Positions 1 through 9,753 are shown, counted from the first letter of the stretch. The stretch is 64,000 nt of DNA from Vicinamibacteria bacterium (GCA_963578725.1 CAUZDS010000010.1:15686-79685), one strand, 5' to 3'. Notes: a model not told the origin generated them from the letters alone. Translations and numbers: made by a program.

Positions 1-951
1 CGGCGGGTATCCGTGCCCGATGGCGGGTCGCAACCCTTGCCCAGTCGAGTCTCGCACCCAGACAATAAGGCCGTTGGCGTTCATGAGCGCGGCCGCTCGG
101 GCGAGAATTGCGGGCAATTCGCTCGTGTCCGACAGCCTGCAGAGGTCGGTGCACAGGTCGGCGGCGACCCGAAGGTCCGGCGTAGGTCCAGCCGGGGTGG
201 CCTCGGATGCGGTGTTGGCACCGCGAGAGGTCTCGGCGGCAGGTGAAGCGGCCAGGTCGAGATCGTCGAGCATCAACCGGTCTTCAGGGGATAATTCCGC
301 CGTGCCGGTCTGGATCGACCCGTCGGCGTCGGCCGAATCGGAGCCATCCTGGTCCTCGCTGCGCCTCATCGGTACCAGCAGGAGCAAGGCCAGCATGCTG
401 ACACCGGCGGCCGCTGCGACCATTATTGCTTGCGAGGACCGGGTGGCCCTGATGGTCTCGTTCCGCACGGTGTGCTCGGTGGCGCGCGCAAACTCGACAT
501 GCGTGGCGGCCCTGGCGACGAGCTTGAGACCATCGGTGAAGACGAGATCCGATGCCAGGAGCGATTGCTCCGCGTCCAGATGCTCTTGGGCGCGCCGGTC
601 CATGCGCTCCAGATCCGCCAGTGCCCCGTCGGCCGCGTCGAGTGCCTCGATCGAGGTCGAGCTGATTGCGAGCCGCCGCAGGTTGTCGAGGCTGCCTCGC
701 ACCGTATCCAGATGGCTGTTGACTTGAGCGGTCCAGTACAACCGATCCTGGCCGGCTGCCACGTAGGCCTGCTGGGCGGCGCCTAGATCGGCGAGTGTCA
801 GGGACAGGGTCCAGCTGAGATCGGTGAAGACACGCTGGATGCTCCGTTCGTCGTCGAGCGCCCGTTCCGACAGTAGGATTTTATTTCCGGTGAATCCCAG
901 CGTCGCCAGGGCCACGACTACGACCGCGATCCAAACCCTGCGACGTCCCAT
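1..951 (-). CDS. Membrane-anchored protein with possible C-terminal GAF-like sensor domain (partial; 3' end lies beyond window start)
   Basis: Absent from the ORF track because there is no stop inside the window. My reverse-strand translation from ATG 951-949 stays open to position 1 (MGRRRVWIAVVVVALATLGF...). It shows an N-terminal TM, a second TM (AIMVAAAAGVSMLALLLLV) and ends ...LIVWVRDSTGQGLRPAIGHGYP, resembling the start of a GAF fold. Third codon positions are G/C-rich. The listed + ORFs 20..727 and 430..786 are S/R-rich antisense artefacts. Confidence 0.55.
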   Translation of the reverse strand, partial: MGRRRVWIAVVVVALATLGFTGNKILLSERALDDERSIQRVFTDLSWTLSLTLADLGAAQQAYVAAGQDRLYWTAQVNSHLDTVRGSLDNLRRLAISSTSIEALDAADGALADLERMDRRAQEHLDAEQSLLASDLVFTDGLKLVARAATHVEFARATEHTVRNETIRATRSSQAIMVAAAAGVSMLALLLLVPMRRSEDQDGSDSADADGSIQTGTAELSPEDRLMLDDLDLAASPAAETSRGANTASEATPAGPTPDLRVAADLCTDLCRLSDTSELPAILARAAALMNANGLIVWVRDSTGQGLRPAIGHGYPP

Positions 952-1061
952 CCTGAGCAGCTACTATAACATTGGCGTCGAGCGAGGGAGCATGGCATGG
1001 ACGCGAATGTGCGGATCCGGTTGCGCTCGCCGGTTCGTCCACGGTTGAGAACCGACGGCCG

Positions 1062-1964
1062 ATGACCGCGTCACTTTCACCAGCAGCAGCCATCATCAAC
1101 CCGGTTGCCGGCCCAATTTCTCGTGACAAGGGCAGACACTGGCTGATGGAAGTCGTCCGCGGCGCCCTCGGCGAGGCGAACCTCACCGGAGAGATCGTCT
1201 TCACCGAGCGCGCCGGGCATGGACGCGAGCTCGCGGCGGACTTCGTGCGGCGCGGATTTTCGCCGATCATCGCTTGGGGTGGCGACGGCACCGTTAACGA
1301 GGTCGCCTCAGCCCTGATGTTTCAGGACGCAGTGATGGCCATCGTGCCCGCCGGGTCAGGCAACGGGCTGGCTCGCGAGCTGGGAATCAGTTTGCGCCCA
1401 GAGCGTGCGATCGCGACCGCCGTCTATGGTCACGATCGGACGATCGATGTTGGGGAACTGGGCGGCCGCATCTTCGTCAACCTCGCTGGGGTCGGGTTGG
1501 ACGCGAACGTGGTCAGACTCTTCGATCGCCTCTCCGGGCGCGGGCTGCTCCGTTACGTCCTGGCGACGCTGTCACAGGTCTTCAGTTACGTGGCGGAGGT
1601 TTACGTCATCACCGCGGGGGCGGAAACGTTCGAGCAGCGTGCGCTGATCGTGGAGCTGGCGAATGGCCGGCAATACGGGAACGGCGCGCTGATCGCGCCG
1701 GGTGCCAGGCTCGATGACGGCCTGCTCGATCTGGTGGTCGTGGGGCCGCTCAGCCCGCTGCGCGTGCTCTGGGGCGCGCGGCGTCTGTTCAACGGGACGA
1801 TCGACCGCGAACCGGGTGTGACCGTCCGGACCGCCAGCACCATCACGATCTCCGCCGAGCGGCCGATCCCGTTCCACGTCGACGGAGAGGTCGAGCAGGG
1901 CGCCCGGTTTCTGACGGCGACCGTGCACTCGCACGCACTCCGAGTGAAGGTCCCTGCGGAGTAA
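1062..1964 (+). CDS. Diacylglycerol/lipid kinase family protein (YegS/BmrU-like)
   Basis: ORF 972..1964. GGDGTVNEV and GSGNGLAREL motifs of the DAGK catalytic domain. Likely start is ATG 1062 (MTASLSPAAAIINP) rather than TTG 972. Confidence 0.85.
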   Translation: MTASLSPAAAIINPVAGPISRDKGRHWLMEVVRGALGEANLTGEIVFTERAGHGRELAADFVRRGFSPIIAWGGDGTVNEVASALMFQDAVMAIVPAGSGNGLARELGISLRPERAIATAVYGHDRTIDVGELGGRIFVNLAGVGLDANVVRLFDRLSGRGLLRYVLATLSQVFSYVAEVYVITAGAETFEQRALIVELANGRQYGNGALIAPGARLDDGLLDLVVVGPLSPLRVLWGARRLFNGTIDREPGVTVRTASTITISAERPIPFHVDGEVEQGARFLTATVHSHALRVKVPAE

Positions 1965-2089
1965 CCGATCGTGGCGGGCCAGGTGCGACGAGCGACCACA
2001 TTGGGGCACTTGTGACCATGGCGCAGTGCCCTCCAGTCGGGATGGTCGAGTGCAGGGGCCTTCGCCAAGGGCACCCTGGGCGGTCCAGC

Positions 2090-2503
2090 CTACCAGTCCC
2101 AGCGGTTAGACGCGGTGTCCCAGAGGGCGTAGCAGTCCTGCGCGACACCGGCGTCGAGGAACGCGTCCGGGAGCCCCGACATCGAACCCAGCGGTTCGAT
2201 CAGTTCCCCATTTCGATACCAGGAAGAGAGCACGTGACCCTCGTAGGGTGCCCGTTCGTCGTCGCGCGGCTCGAGAGCGGCGGAGTCGATCCGCACGCGC
2301 CAGTTTCCGGTGCCGCCGCGTCCGTCGGGTCCGGAGAAGGTCAGCTCCTCGTCATTGTGCCCGAAATCCGCGACACCTTCGAGCGAAACGATCTGCTCGG
2401 CGAATGAAGCTTTCAAGCTCGTCTCCCCGGGCTGAACCGCGCAAGCCACCACAGTCAGCAGACCGCCGGTGGTCATGGCCCACGCTGGTTTGATCCTGAT
2501 CAT
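2090..2503 (-). CDS. Hypothetical lipoprotein
   Basis: 137-aa ORF with an N-terminal hydrophobic segment ending in a lipobox-like LTVVAC. No recognisable catalytic motif. Confidence 0.6.
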   Translation of the reverse strand: MIRIKPAWAMTTGGLLTVVACAVQPGETSLKASFAEQIVSLEGVADFGHNDEELTFSGPDGRGGTGNWRVRIDSAALEPRDDERAPYEGHVLSSWYRNGELIEPLGSMSGLPDAFLDAGVAQDCYALWDTASNRWDW

Positions 2504-2645
2504 GATTCGACCTCTGTGAGGGACGCGGCCACGATACGGGTCTCAGGGGTTGACATCCAGAATGCAGGCTTCGCGTTCTAGGGAGATCGGCGCTGCGATC
2601 CCATGGCGCTGCCGATCCCGGATCCTGGGCAGACGCCTCGACCGG

Positions 2646-4418
2646 TCAGGGTCCGGCATCGCCGCTCCGGGTGTCGGACCGGGGCCGGAGGATGGCGTAG
2701 GTGGGCAGCCCGATGCCGCCGAAGTGCTTCAGCACCTCGTTCACCGGAGAGGCGTCGAGGTCCTCGGCCTGGAACTTCACCTTCACGTAGTCGCTAAGCC
2801 CGGCGACGACTGCCGGGGCCTTCAGAGTGGTCTTGTCCATCGTCAGACAGTTTTTACACCACGTGGCCCACATGTCGACAAGCACGTGCTTGTCCTCGGC
2901 ACGCGCCGCTTTGAGCCCCTGACCGAGCGAGGCGTACCAGCCCTCGGCCAGCAACTCCTGCACGCTGTCGGCGACATCGGCAGGGTCGACCCAGCGCTGA
3001 GCGAACAGTCCGTAGCTCAGACAGCCATAGTAGACCGCAGTGCCGAGGATGAAGACGCCGAAGGCGTACTTGACACGGATCATCCAGGCGCCCGGTTTGG
3101 GCATCAGCGACAGGCCGGCACCGGCGATCGGCCACGGAAGCGCCATCCCGATGCCCAGGAAGAACGGCAGGGCGAGCGCGATCGTCGTCCCCGTGCCGTA
3201 GAGGTTGCTCGAGAACACGATCACCTGAATGACCACCGGGGCGACACAGGCGCCGGCCAGAAGTGCCGCGACCGCTCCCATCCCGAAAGCGACCACGAAC
3301 GACCCACCTTCGTTGTTTTCAACGGCCAGCTTCGATTGCAGCCGCGAGAAGTCGATAGCGAGCACGTCGAACATCGCCAGGCCGAGCACGACGAACAACG
3401 TCGCGATACCGAGGTTGAACCAAGGGGACGAATTGATCGTGCCGAAGGTGCCGGCGGTCAGAATGACCACCAGCCCGAGGATGCCGTAGACGAGTGCCAT
3501 CGCTAGACCGTAGGTTCCGCCAAGCGCAAAGCCACGCATCCGTGACCCGGCCTTCGCGCCGGCGCCGATGATCGCCAGGTTGATCGGAATCATCGGCAGC
3601 ACGCACGGGGTCAGATTCAACGCCAGGCCGCCCACCAGAATGAGCGCCAGGATCGCGAGTAGCCCGCGTCCTTCGAACCATCCCTGTTCGCCTTCACCTG
3701 ACTCGGCCGCTTCCATGAAGGCGAGAAACGCCTCAGTGTCGAGATATCCGCCGGTGCTGCCCAGGACCTCGAACTCCTCGAGGGCGAGCAGCATCGACAG
3801 GTCGTCAAGGATCGGGGCACCCGCTGCCGGTGGGTCGGCGTCTCTGGCAGCCGGGTTGGTTAGGCTCAGGCCGGCGAACAGATCCGGATGGACAGTGCTG
3901 AGCGCCTGCGTGGCCGGCGCCACCGTCAGGTCGAACTGAACCTGGGCGTTCGTCGGGTTGAAGCACATCCGGTCGTTGCAGGCCTGATAGCGTAACGTGC
4001 CGGGGATCGCGTAGACACCGGGAGCTAGCGCCGCGTCGACGGTTAGCGCCGCGCCGATCAGGAACTCCTCCTCGAACACCGCCAGCGGTTCCGCCACACC
4101 GACCTGCTCCAGCAGAATCGCCTCTGGAAACGCCACGCCCTCGAGCGACAGACCAGCGGGTGGGTCGAGCGTCAGGACCGTTGGAATCAGGAGATCGTCC
4201 AACGGCGTGTTCGAGTTGACGTGAAAGCCGGGGTTGAGCCTGACCTCCAGCGCCACATGAGCGGTCGTGCCGGGGTGAACAGCGTCAGTCTCGACGATCG
4301 GGCCGATGACGACGTCTGGCGGCTGTGCCGCCGCGAGGTTCGGCAACCCACACAGCAGAATCACCCCTACTCCCAGACAGCCATGAAGACAAGTGGTTGA
4401 TCTCACTGTTGTTTCCAC
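2646..4418 (-). CDS. dsbD: Thiol:disulfide interchange protein, DsbD/ScsB-like
   Basis: 590 aa with a signal peptide, a periplasmic N-domain, a multi-TM core with LTPCVLPMIP and a C-terminal thioredoxin fold with WATWCKNC (CxxC). Confidence 0.85.
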   Translation of the reverse strand: METTVRSTTCLHGCLGVGVILLCGLPNLAAAQPPDVVIGPIVETDAVHPGTTAHVALEVRLNPGFHVNSNTPLDDLLIPTVLTLDPPAGLSLEGVAFPEAILLEQVGVAEPLAVFEEEFLIGAALTVDAALAPGVYAIPGTLRYQACNDRMCFNPTNAQVQFDLTVAPATQALSTVHPDLFAGLSLTNPAARDADPPAAGAPILDDLSMLLALEEFEVLGSTGGYLDTEAFLAFMEAAESGEGEQGWFEGRGLLAILALILVGGLALNLTPCVLPMIPINLAIIGAGAKAGSRMRGFALGGTYGLAMALVYGILGLVVILTAGTFGTINSSPWFNLGIATLFVVLGLAMFDVLAIDFSRLQSKLAVENNEGGSFVVAFGMGAVAALLAGACVAPVVIQVIVFSSNLYGTGTTIALALPFFLGIGMALPWPIAGAGLSLMPKPGAWMIRVKYAFGVFILGTAVYYGCLSYGLFAQRWVDPADVADSVQELLAEGWYASLGQGLKAARAEDKHVLVDMWATWCKNCLTMDKTTLKAPAVVAGLSDYVKVKFQAEDLDASPVNEVLKHFGGIGLPTYAILRPRSDTRSGDAGP

Positions 4419-4731
4419 TCACGATCCGGGGCCGCCACGTGTAGGCAGCGACGTCCGCCTCCGCTGGGTCGTCGGCCCGTCATACGGTCCCAGGCGAGAG
4501 GTATGTACTCATTCGGAACCGTCGGTCACAACCACGGTGCGCACGAGTGCGCACGCGACGGAGCGGCGCGGATCATCAGGCCCCAGCGCGTGACCGAGCC
4601 GAGGACTGCGGTAAAGCCCCACGTTAGTGAGACGCGCCCGTCGGCCGGCGGGTTGCATCGGCTGCTCCGGATGATGACTGCCTTGGGCGCCGTGCTCCGG
4701 ATATGGTATCGGCGAACGTCGTCCTGGCGCG

Positions 4732-7473
4732 TCAGCGATCGATTTCCGCCAACGTTACCTCTTCCGGGTCGACACGTACACGGCTCACGCGGCCCCGCGT
4801 CGGTATCCGGACTGCCGTCACACGGTCGGTCACCGGCACGACGACCGCCTCCTCCTCGCCGGACCCGTACGCCAGAGTCACGGTGACCGGTAAATCGAAG
4901 ATTCGTTCGGTCAGCTGTTCGAACCGCAGCACGACTTCCTCGCCCTGGGTCGTGTTCTCAACCTGATGCGAGAACCGCAGTTCCGGCAGTGCCGACTCGT
5001 GGATCCAGCGCTCGAAGAACCGGGTCAGCGACCTTCCGGACTCGATCTCGAACGCCAGCTGCAGCGCGTCGGTCCCAGCCTTCTGGAACCGCCACTGATG
5101 ATAGAAGCGTCGGAGACCGGCGAAGAACGCATCGTCGCCGATCAACCCACGCAACATGTGCAGCACCATGGCGCCCTTGTTGTACACGAGTGCTCGGAAA
5201 ATCCGTGGCTCGCCATCGAGATGGCCAAGGCGGTAGCCGAGATAGATCGGGCCCTCGTCGGAGTGCTGCATCGCCCAGCGCCTCATCTGGCTCAAGATGT
5301 CGTGGAAAAGCTCAGGGCCGCCTATCTGCTCGGCGTAGAGCGCGGCGAAGTACTGGGCGAGCCCCTCGCTGAGCCACTGCTCGTGGTAGTTCTTCCAGCC
5401 CACCGCCTGTCCCCACCACTGGTGCGCAACTTCGTGCGCCAGGAAGAAGTCAGGGTAGCGGCTAAAGCTTACGGGATCGGTCCGCCACGACAGCATTTGG
5501 CCAGGCTGCCTGGGCAGGGCCTTGTTCATGATGGCGAAGTACGAGGGGCTGTGACCCCCTGGCAACCGGCTGTCGGTTAGCGTCACCGTCATCGATGGGA
5601 AGGGGATATCACCCAGCAGTGCGGCGTAGAACGACGCGATGTCCGCCGTCCGGTTAACGAGGCTCTCTACCTCGTCCACGCCCCGCTCGGTGGCGTACCC
5701 GTCGATCGCCAGCGTGTCGTAGATCACGGCGCCATTCGCGCGGGTCACCGACGGTGAAACCACGTCATCCGGCAGCCGGATCATGCGCTGCAGCGGCGTG
5801 TGGTCATGGAATCTGGAGATCAAAGCCGACAGGTAGCGTGCCGGCTGGACGGCGACGAAGGAGAACCGGCGTGGACTGCTTCCCTCGGACAGACCGACCG
5901 GCGGGTTCGTGGCCAGCGGGTTACCACTGGCGACGACACCCCAGCCGGCGGGCACCGTCAACTCGAGTGCCGCGGTGGCGTAGTCGCTGGAGGGCGTTTG
6001 CGGGTACCAGTAGCTCCGGTTGCTGTAGATGTAGCGGGGTTCCCCAAGGCCAAACAAGGCTGTGGCTTCGAATATGAAGGACCGGCTGGCGATCCAGTTC
6101 TCATCGAGCTGCTGTGCTGGCAAGTCGCCCGCGTACGTCACGTTGAGGGTGAACTCGGTGCCACCCGGTACCTCCGACGGCAGGTTCACGACAACGGTGC
6201 TCTGTCCGGTCAGCCGGGCATAGAGCAGGGACCCGAATTCGGGCGACGTGATCGACGTCACCGTCAGCTCGTTGGCCAGGCGTAGACTGAACGCCGCGAT
6301 CGGCAGCCCCTTCACCCGTACCGTGAGCCGGGCGGCACCTTCGATCCGGCACCCGATCAGCTCCGGTACGTCCCGCAACGACTGCTGCGCGGTACCGAGC
6401 GGCTCGAACGAGGCGGAAATGTTGTAATCCAGCACGTCGAGCGGCACGATATCGTCGTCACCGAAGTAGCGTCCTTGGGTCGCCCGCTTCCGTGCCGACT
6501 GGTAGATCGAAATGACCCGGCTGGTCTCGCGCTCGTAGAGCGAGATGTCTTCCGGTTGCTGCCCCGATTGCGCGTAGGTCAGGGTGCCGTCGCGCTTCGT
6601 GCGCACCTCGGCGATGAAGTCACCGACGCCTGGATTCAGCGACCACAGGCGGTCGCTGATGCCGGAGAGGTCGAGGGTGAACGACAGGCCGATGAACTCG
6701 TCGAACACCTCGGTGGCTTCCCTGAACGTGTCGGGGTCGACCGACCGCTCCACGAGCCCGCTCGTGGAGACCCGCGAGTTGAACACGTCCGGGTGCAAAC
6801 GGATAAACGCCGCCTCGAACTCAGTTTCCAGCGTCTCGTTACCGCTGAAGATCCGGACCTGACCCTGCTCCGCCTCCGGTTGGGGGCTGAAGTTCATGAT
6901 CCCTGTGCCCAGCAGCACCAGTCCGGTGACGCCAAGCTCGGTCTCGGCCACGAACACCGACCCCTCGGTTAGCGTCAGCGACAGGTCATCGCCGAGTACC
7001 ACCATGTTGGCGGCGTCGTATTGCCGGGTTGGGGTCAGACGGAGATGTCGTAACCCCTCGATCGAGTCGACATGGATCTGGTCTCGGATAGACCAGACCG
7101 CCTCGTCGCCTTCCACGATCTCGAGCCGCCAGGTCTCTAACCATCCGCGCTCGTCCGATTCGGCGAACATCTCGATGGTGAGCTCGTAGCCGCCGCCTTC
7201 CGGCAGGTCGTCCAGCGGTATCAGCAAGCGGGGGGTAACCGTGACGCGGTCCGCGTCCGGGTATACGTTCTCGGCCGCGAACACCAACGCCGCCGCTTTG
7301 TCGGCCGCCGGCGACAGCAGCGACAGATAGGCCTCTGGCTCGCCGGCGAGGATTGCCTGTTCCAGGCTCTCGACCAGGGGCTCGTAGGCCGGTGCCTCAG
7401 CGGGCTGCGCCGAGGTGGGGTCGGCGAGCGCCGTCACCGCAACTAATACCACGAGGAGACGCCGTGTGATCAT
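4732..7473 (-). CDS. Secreted M1-family zinc aminopeptidase
   Basis: HEVAHQWWG followed by X18 and E (WLSEGLAQY), i.e. the HEXXH-X18-E gluzincin signature. Start placed at ATG 7473 (MITRRLLVVLVAVTALA signal peptide). The upstream 98 codons of ORF 4732..7767 look non-coding and contain the intergenic repeat. Confidence 0.9.
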   Translation of the reverse strand: MITRRLLVVLVAVTALADPTSAQPAEAPAYEPLVESLEQAILAGEPEAYLSLLSPAADKAAALVFAAENVYPDADRVTVTPRLLIPLDDLPEGGGYELTIEMFAESDERGWLETWRLEIVEGDEAVWSIRDQIHVDSIEGLRHLRLTPTRQYDAANMVVLGDDLSLTLTEGSVFVAETELGVTGLVLLGTGIMNFSPQPEAEQGQVRIFSGNETLETEFEAAFIRLHPDVFNSRVSTSGLVERSVDPDTFREATEVFDEFIGLSFTLDLSGISDRLWSLNPGVGDFIAEVRTKRDGTLTYAQSGQQPEDISLYERETSRVISIYQSARKRATQGRYFGDDDIVPLDVLDYNISASFEPLGTAQQSLRDVPELIGCRIEGAARLTVRVKGLPIAAFSLRLANELTVTSITSPEFGSLLYARLTGQSTVVVNLPSEVPGGTEFTLNVTYAGDLPAQQLDENWIASRSFIFEATALFGLGEPRYIYSNRSYWYPQTPSSDYATAALELTVPAGWGVVASGNPLATNPPVGLSEGSSPRRFSFVAVQPARYLSALISRFHDHTPLQRMIRLPDDVVSPSVTRANGAVIYDTLAIDGYATERGVDEVESLVNRTADIASFYAALLGDIPFPSMTVTLTDSRLPGGHSPSYFAIMNKALPRQPGQMLSWRTDPVSFSRYPDFFLAHEVAHQWWGQAVGWKNYHEQWLSEGLAQYFAALYAEQIGGPELFHDILSQMRRWAMQHSDEGPIYLGYRLGHLDGEPRIFRALVYNKGAMVLHMLRGLIGDDAFFAGLRRFYHQWRFQKAGTDALQLAFEIESGRSLTRFFERWIHESALPELRFSHQVENTTQGEEVVLRFEQLTERIFDLPVTVTLAYGSGEEEAVVVPVTDRVTAVRIPTRGRVSRVRVDPEEVTLAEIDR

Positions 7474-7557
7474 GGCGGGGAGCTTCTGATGGCACCTCGC
7501 GTGGCACCGAGTCCTGTCGTGGTCGATGCCGTGCTCGGCCAGTGCCGAGCGCGATGC

Positions 7558-7656
7558 GGGAGCACATTGAGGCCTCTGTGACCGAGGAACAACGCCGTCC
7601 AGCCGAGATGCGGCCACGCCGGTTGAAGGTAGGGGGGGTTCATCACGGACTCCTGG
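7558..7656 (-). repeat. Copy A of a ~100-nt conserved intergenic element (candidate structured RNA or REP/MITE-like repeat)
   Basis: The reverse complement reads ccAGGAGTCCGTGATGAAcccccccTAccTTCaACCGGCGtggccGCATCtCGgCTGGACGGCGTTGtTCCTCGGTCACAgaggCCtcAATgTGCTCCC. It aligns along its length with 31445-31541. It lies 85 nt upstream of the peptidase start. Confidence 0.7.
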
Positions 7657-7766
7657 ATTCTTCGAACGGGACTGTTCGTCACCACTGGGCCACGTTTCGT
7701 TCGCTCGCGCCACGAGCTCTGTGAGTAATATCTGTTCGCAAGACAGAGTATCGCCAGTCGGATGCA

Positions 7767-8984
7767 CTACGCCGCCGCGCGGAACCGAGCCGTAAAGGTT
7801 GCTATTTTATCGTAGATCGTCTCGAGCTCTGGTGGTGGCGCTAGGAAGACGATGCGCAGGAACCCGTCGCGCGGGTCGGTACCGAACCCCGAGCCATAGA
7901 CGCACAGCAACCCGGTCTCACGCAGTAGCCCGATGACGTAATCCACGTCGGTTCGGCCCGCCGGCAACTCGACCTTCGGCATGGCATAGAACGCTGCGCG
8001 CGGCGGGACGCACGAGATGCCCTCGATCCCGCTCAACCGTCTGGCCGTCACTTCCGCCCGCTCGCGCAGCGCGTGGATGAAGGTCGCCTTGTGGTCGTCG
8101 TTGCCGGTCAACGCCGCCGAGATGGCGAACTGCATCGGTCCGGTACTGCAGAGCCGACCGTCGGCGAGTTCCTTGATGGCACCGAGTACCGCGTTGAGCC
8201 GCTCGCCGCCGCTGACGGCGAGCCAGCCGGCGCGCCAGCCGGGAGCTTGGTAGGTCTTCGAGATCGATGAGAACGAGATGACCGGCGCGTCGGGGTCGAT
8301 CGACCCGAGCGGCGGCACCGGCGCGTCGTAGGCGAGATCTGCGTAGACCTCGTCGGCCAGGATCACGATGCCGCGCGAATCCGCCAGCTCCACGATCGCG
8401 CGGCGAGTCTCGGTGGAATAGACTGCGCCGGTCGGGTTGTTCGGATCGATGAGGACGATCGCGCGGGTCGCGGGTCCGAGCAGGCTCTCGATGTGGGCCA
8501 GATCGGGCATCCACCCGTTGCTTGGATCGGTGCGGTAGAAGACGCCACGAGCGCCCAGCTTGGCGAGCGTCGCGGTGTAGAACGGGTAGGTCGGCACCGG
8601 CACCAGCACCTCATCGCCCGTGTTAACCAGCACGGACAGCACGAGTTCGATGCCTTCGGAGGTGCCCGACGTGAGGATGACGCGGTCCGGCTCGATCGGT
8701 AGCCCCGCCGCCGCATAGGACCCGGCGACCGCCTCGCGGACCTGCCAGATACCAGCAGCCGGTGTATACCCGTTCGCGCCGTCTCGTATGGCCCGCTCGA
8801 CCGCCTCGACCAGGTGCGGCGGTGTGCGAAACCCAAAGGCGACTGGGTCTCCGATGTTGAGGTACGTGACCCGACGCCCGCTCTCTTCCACTTTCCTGGC
8901 TTCCGCCACGACGTTGCGGATGGCATAGGCGAAGCCTTTGAGGCGGCCTCCGACGGCGATCGCTGCGGGCGCACGCGCAACCAT
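7767..8984 (-). CDS. Class I/II PLP-dependent aminotransferase (AlaA/AspC-like)
   Basis: 405 aa. PLP-lysine context SFSSISKTYQAPGWRAGW and N-terminal YLNIGDP are typical of alanine/aspartate aminotransferases. Confidence 0.9.
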   Translation of the reverse strand: MVARAPAAIAVGGRLKGFAYAIRNVVAEARKVEESGRRVTYLNIGDPVAFGFRTPPHLVEAVERAIRDGANGYTPAAGIWQVREAVAGSYAAAGLPIEPDRVILTSGTSEGIELVLSVLVNTGDEVLVPVPTYPFYTATLAKLGARGVFYRTDPSNGWMPDLAHIESLLGPATRAIVLIDPNNPTGAVYSTETRRAIVELADSRGIVILADEVYADLAYDAPVPPLGSIDPDAPVISFSSISKTYQAPGWRAGWLAVSGGERLNAVLGAIKELADGRLCSTGPMQFAISAALTGNDDHKATFIHALRERAEVTARRLSGIEGISCVPPRAAFYAMPKVELPAGRTDVDYVIGLLRETGLLCVYGSGFGTDPRDGFLRIVFLAPPPELETIYDKIATFTARFRAAA

Positions 8985-9130
8985 GCGCCCATCTTATCCC
9001 AGTGCGTGTCCCACCAGAAGCGGCGGCGGGACCCGATCGCCGGCGCCGTCGAAACACAAAGAACCCGTGGCATCGATCTCGTCTGGAACCACGTTTCCGT
9101 CACGCCCCAACAGTGCGTTAAGCTCGGTGC

Positions 9131-9514
9131 ATGGCGATCCGTACGGAGCTCACCCTGCGATTAGAGAACACCCCGGGCGCGCTGGCGCGCCTGTGTCGGG
9201 CGCTGGCCGACGAGAAGGTCAACATCATCGCGATAAATCTGGAGAGCTCCGGGGTCCTGCACCTCGTGCCCGACAACCCGGTACACGCCGCCGGGCTGCT
9301 GCGCAGCCGTGACTACGCGCTTGCAGAGCGGGAGGTGCTGTATATCCAGTTGCCGAATGGTCCGGGTGCCATCGGGTCGGCAACCCGTATGCTGAGCGCC
9401 GCCGGGGTCAACATCGACTATGCTTTCGCCTCGGCGATCAACGAGCACCAGATGACTGCGCTCGTCGTTGCGGTCGACGATGCGCAACGCGCGTCGGCCG
9501 CCACGGGGATGTAA
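9131..9514 (+). CDS. ACT domain-containing protein
   Basis: 127 aa with two beta-alpha-beta-beta-alpha-beta-like halves (LRLENTPGALARLCRALADEKVNIIAI; IQLPNGPGAIGSATRMLSAAGVNIDY) typical of tandem ACT folds. Confidence 0.7.
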   Translation: MAIRTELTLRLENTPGALARLCRALADEKVNIIAINLESSGVLHLVPDNPVHAAGLLRSRDYALAEREVLYIQLPNGPGAIGSATRMLSAAGVNIDYAFASAINEHQMTALVVAVDDAQRASAATGM

Positions 9515-9517
9515 AGT

Positions 9518-9542
9518 CGGAAGACCGTCCTGCGGTCTTCCG
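9518..9542 (+). terminator. Perfect hairpin immediately after the ACT gene stop (candidate intrinsic terminator/attenuator, no U-tract)
   Basis: cggaagaccg (9518-9527), loop tcctg, then cggtcttccg (9533-9542), a perfect 10-bp stem. It starts 4 nt after TAA 9512-9514. There is no downstream T-run, so terminator function is uncertain. Confidence 0.35.
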
Positions 9543-9564
9543 AGCGGCAAGAGATCTTGCGAAG

Positions 9565-9753
9565 ATGCGACTCTACATCGACACGATGGACTCGATGCTC
9601 GTGGACTACGAGCTAGACGGGAGGGTTAGGCTCGACGGCGAGGACTGGTCGACCCCGACGCTGCAGGAACGGCGCGCGATCTTGCATGCCGCACAGACCG
9701 AGATCGAGCGGTTGCGGGAACTCGTGCTGGCGCTTGATCCTGGCGCCGATTGA
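9565..9753 (+). CDS. Small hypothetical protein (62 aa)
   Basis: ATG-initiated ORF with predominantly G/C third positions (hand check). No recognisable motif. Confidence 0.45.
   Translation: MRLYIDTMDSMLVDYELDGRVRLDGEDWSTPTLQERRAILHAAQTEIERLRELVLALDPGAD

Noticed and set aside
2550-3506. Long alternative-frame or antisense ORFs throughout the window (e.g. 2550..3506, 8363..9103, 18323..19159, 31370..32254, 39215..39624, and the N-terminal two-thirds of 43159..45165)
   Set aside because: Their compositions are R/G/P/S-rich and low in complexity. They overlap better-supported genes with clear motifs. This is the typical stop-codon-poor artefact of high-GC DNA.
4600-4692. Possible third, diverged copy of the intergenic repeat (GAGGACTGCGGTAAAGCCCCAC ... 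GGCTGCTCCGGATGATGAC) between dsbD and the peptidase gene
   Set aside because: Similarity is limited to the first ~22 nt and a loose match at the end. The highly conserved CTGGACGGCGTTG.TCCTCGGTCACA core is absent. A computed alignment is needed before it can be counted.
7474-7767. N-terminal 98-codon extension of the M1 peptidase ORF (start at 7767)
   Set aside because: The internal ATG 7473 is followed by a textbook signal peptide. The extension is junk-like, would overlap the aminotransferase stop, and contains the conserved intergenic repeat.
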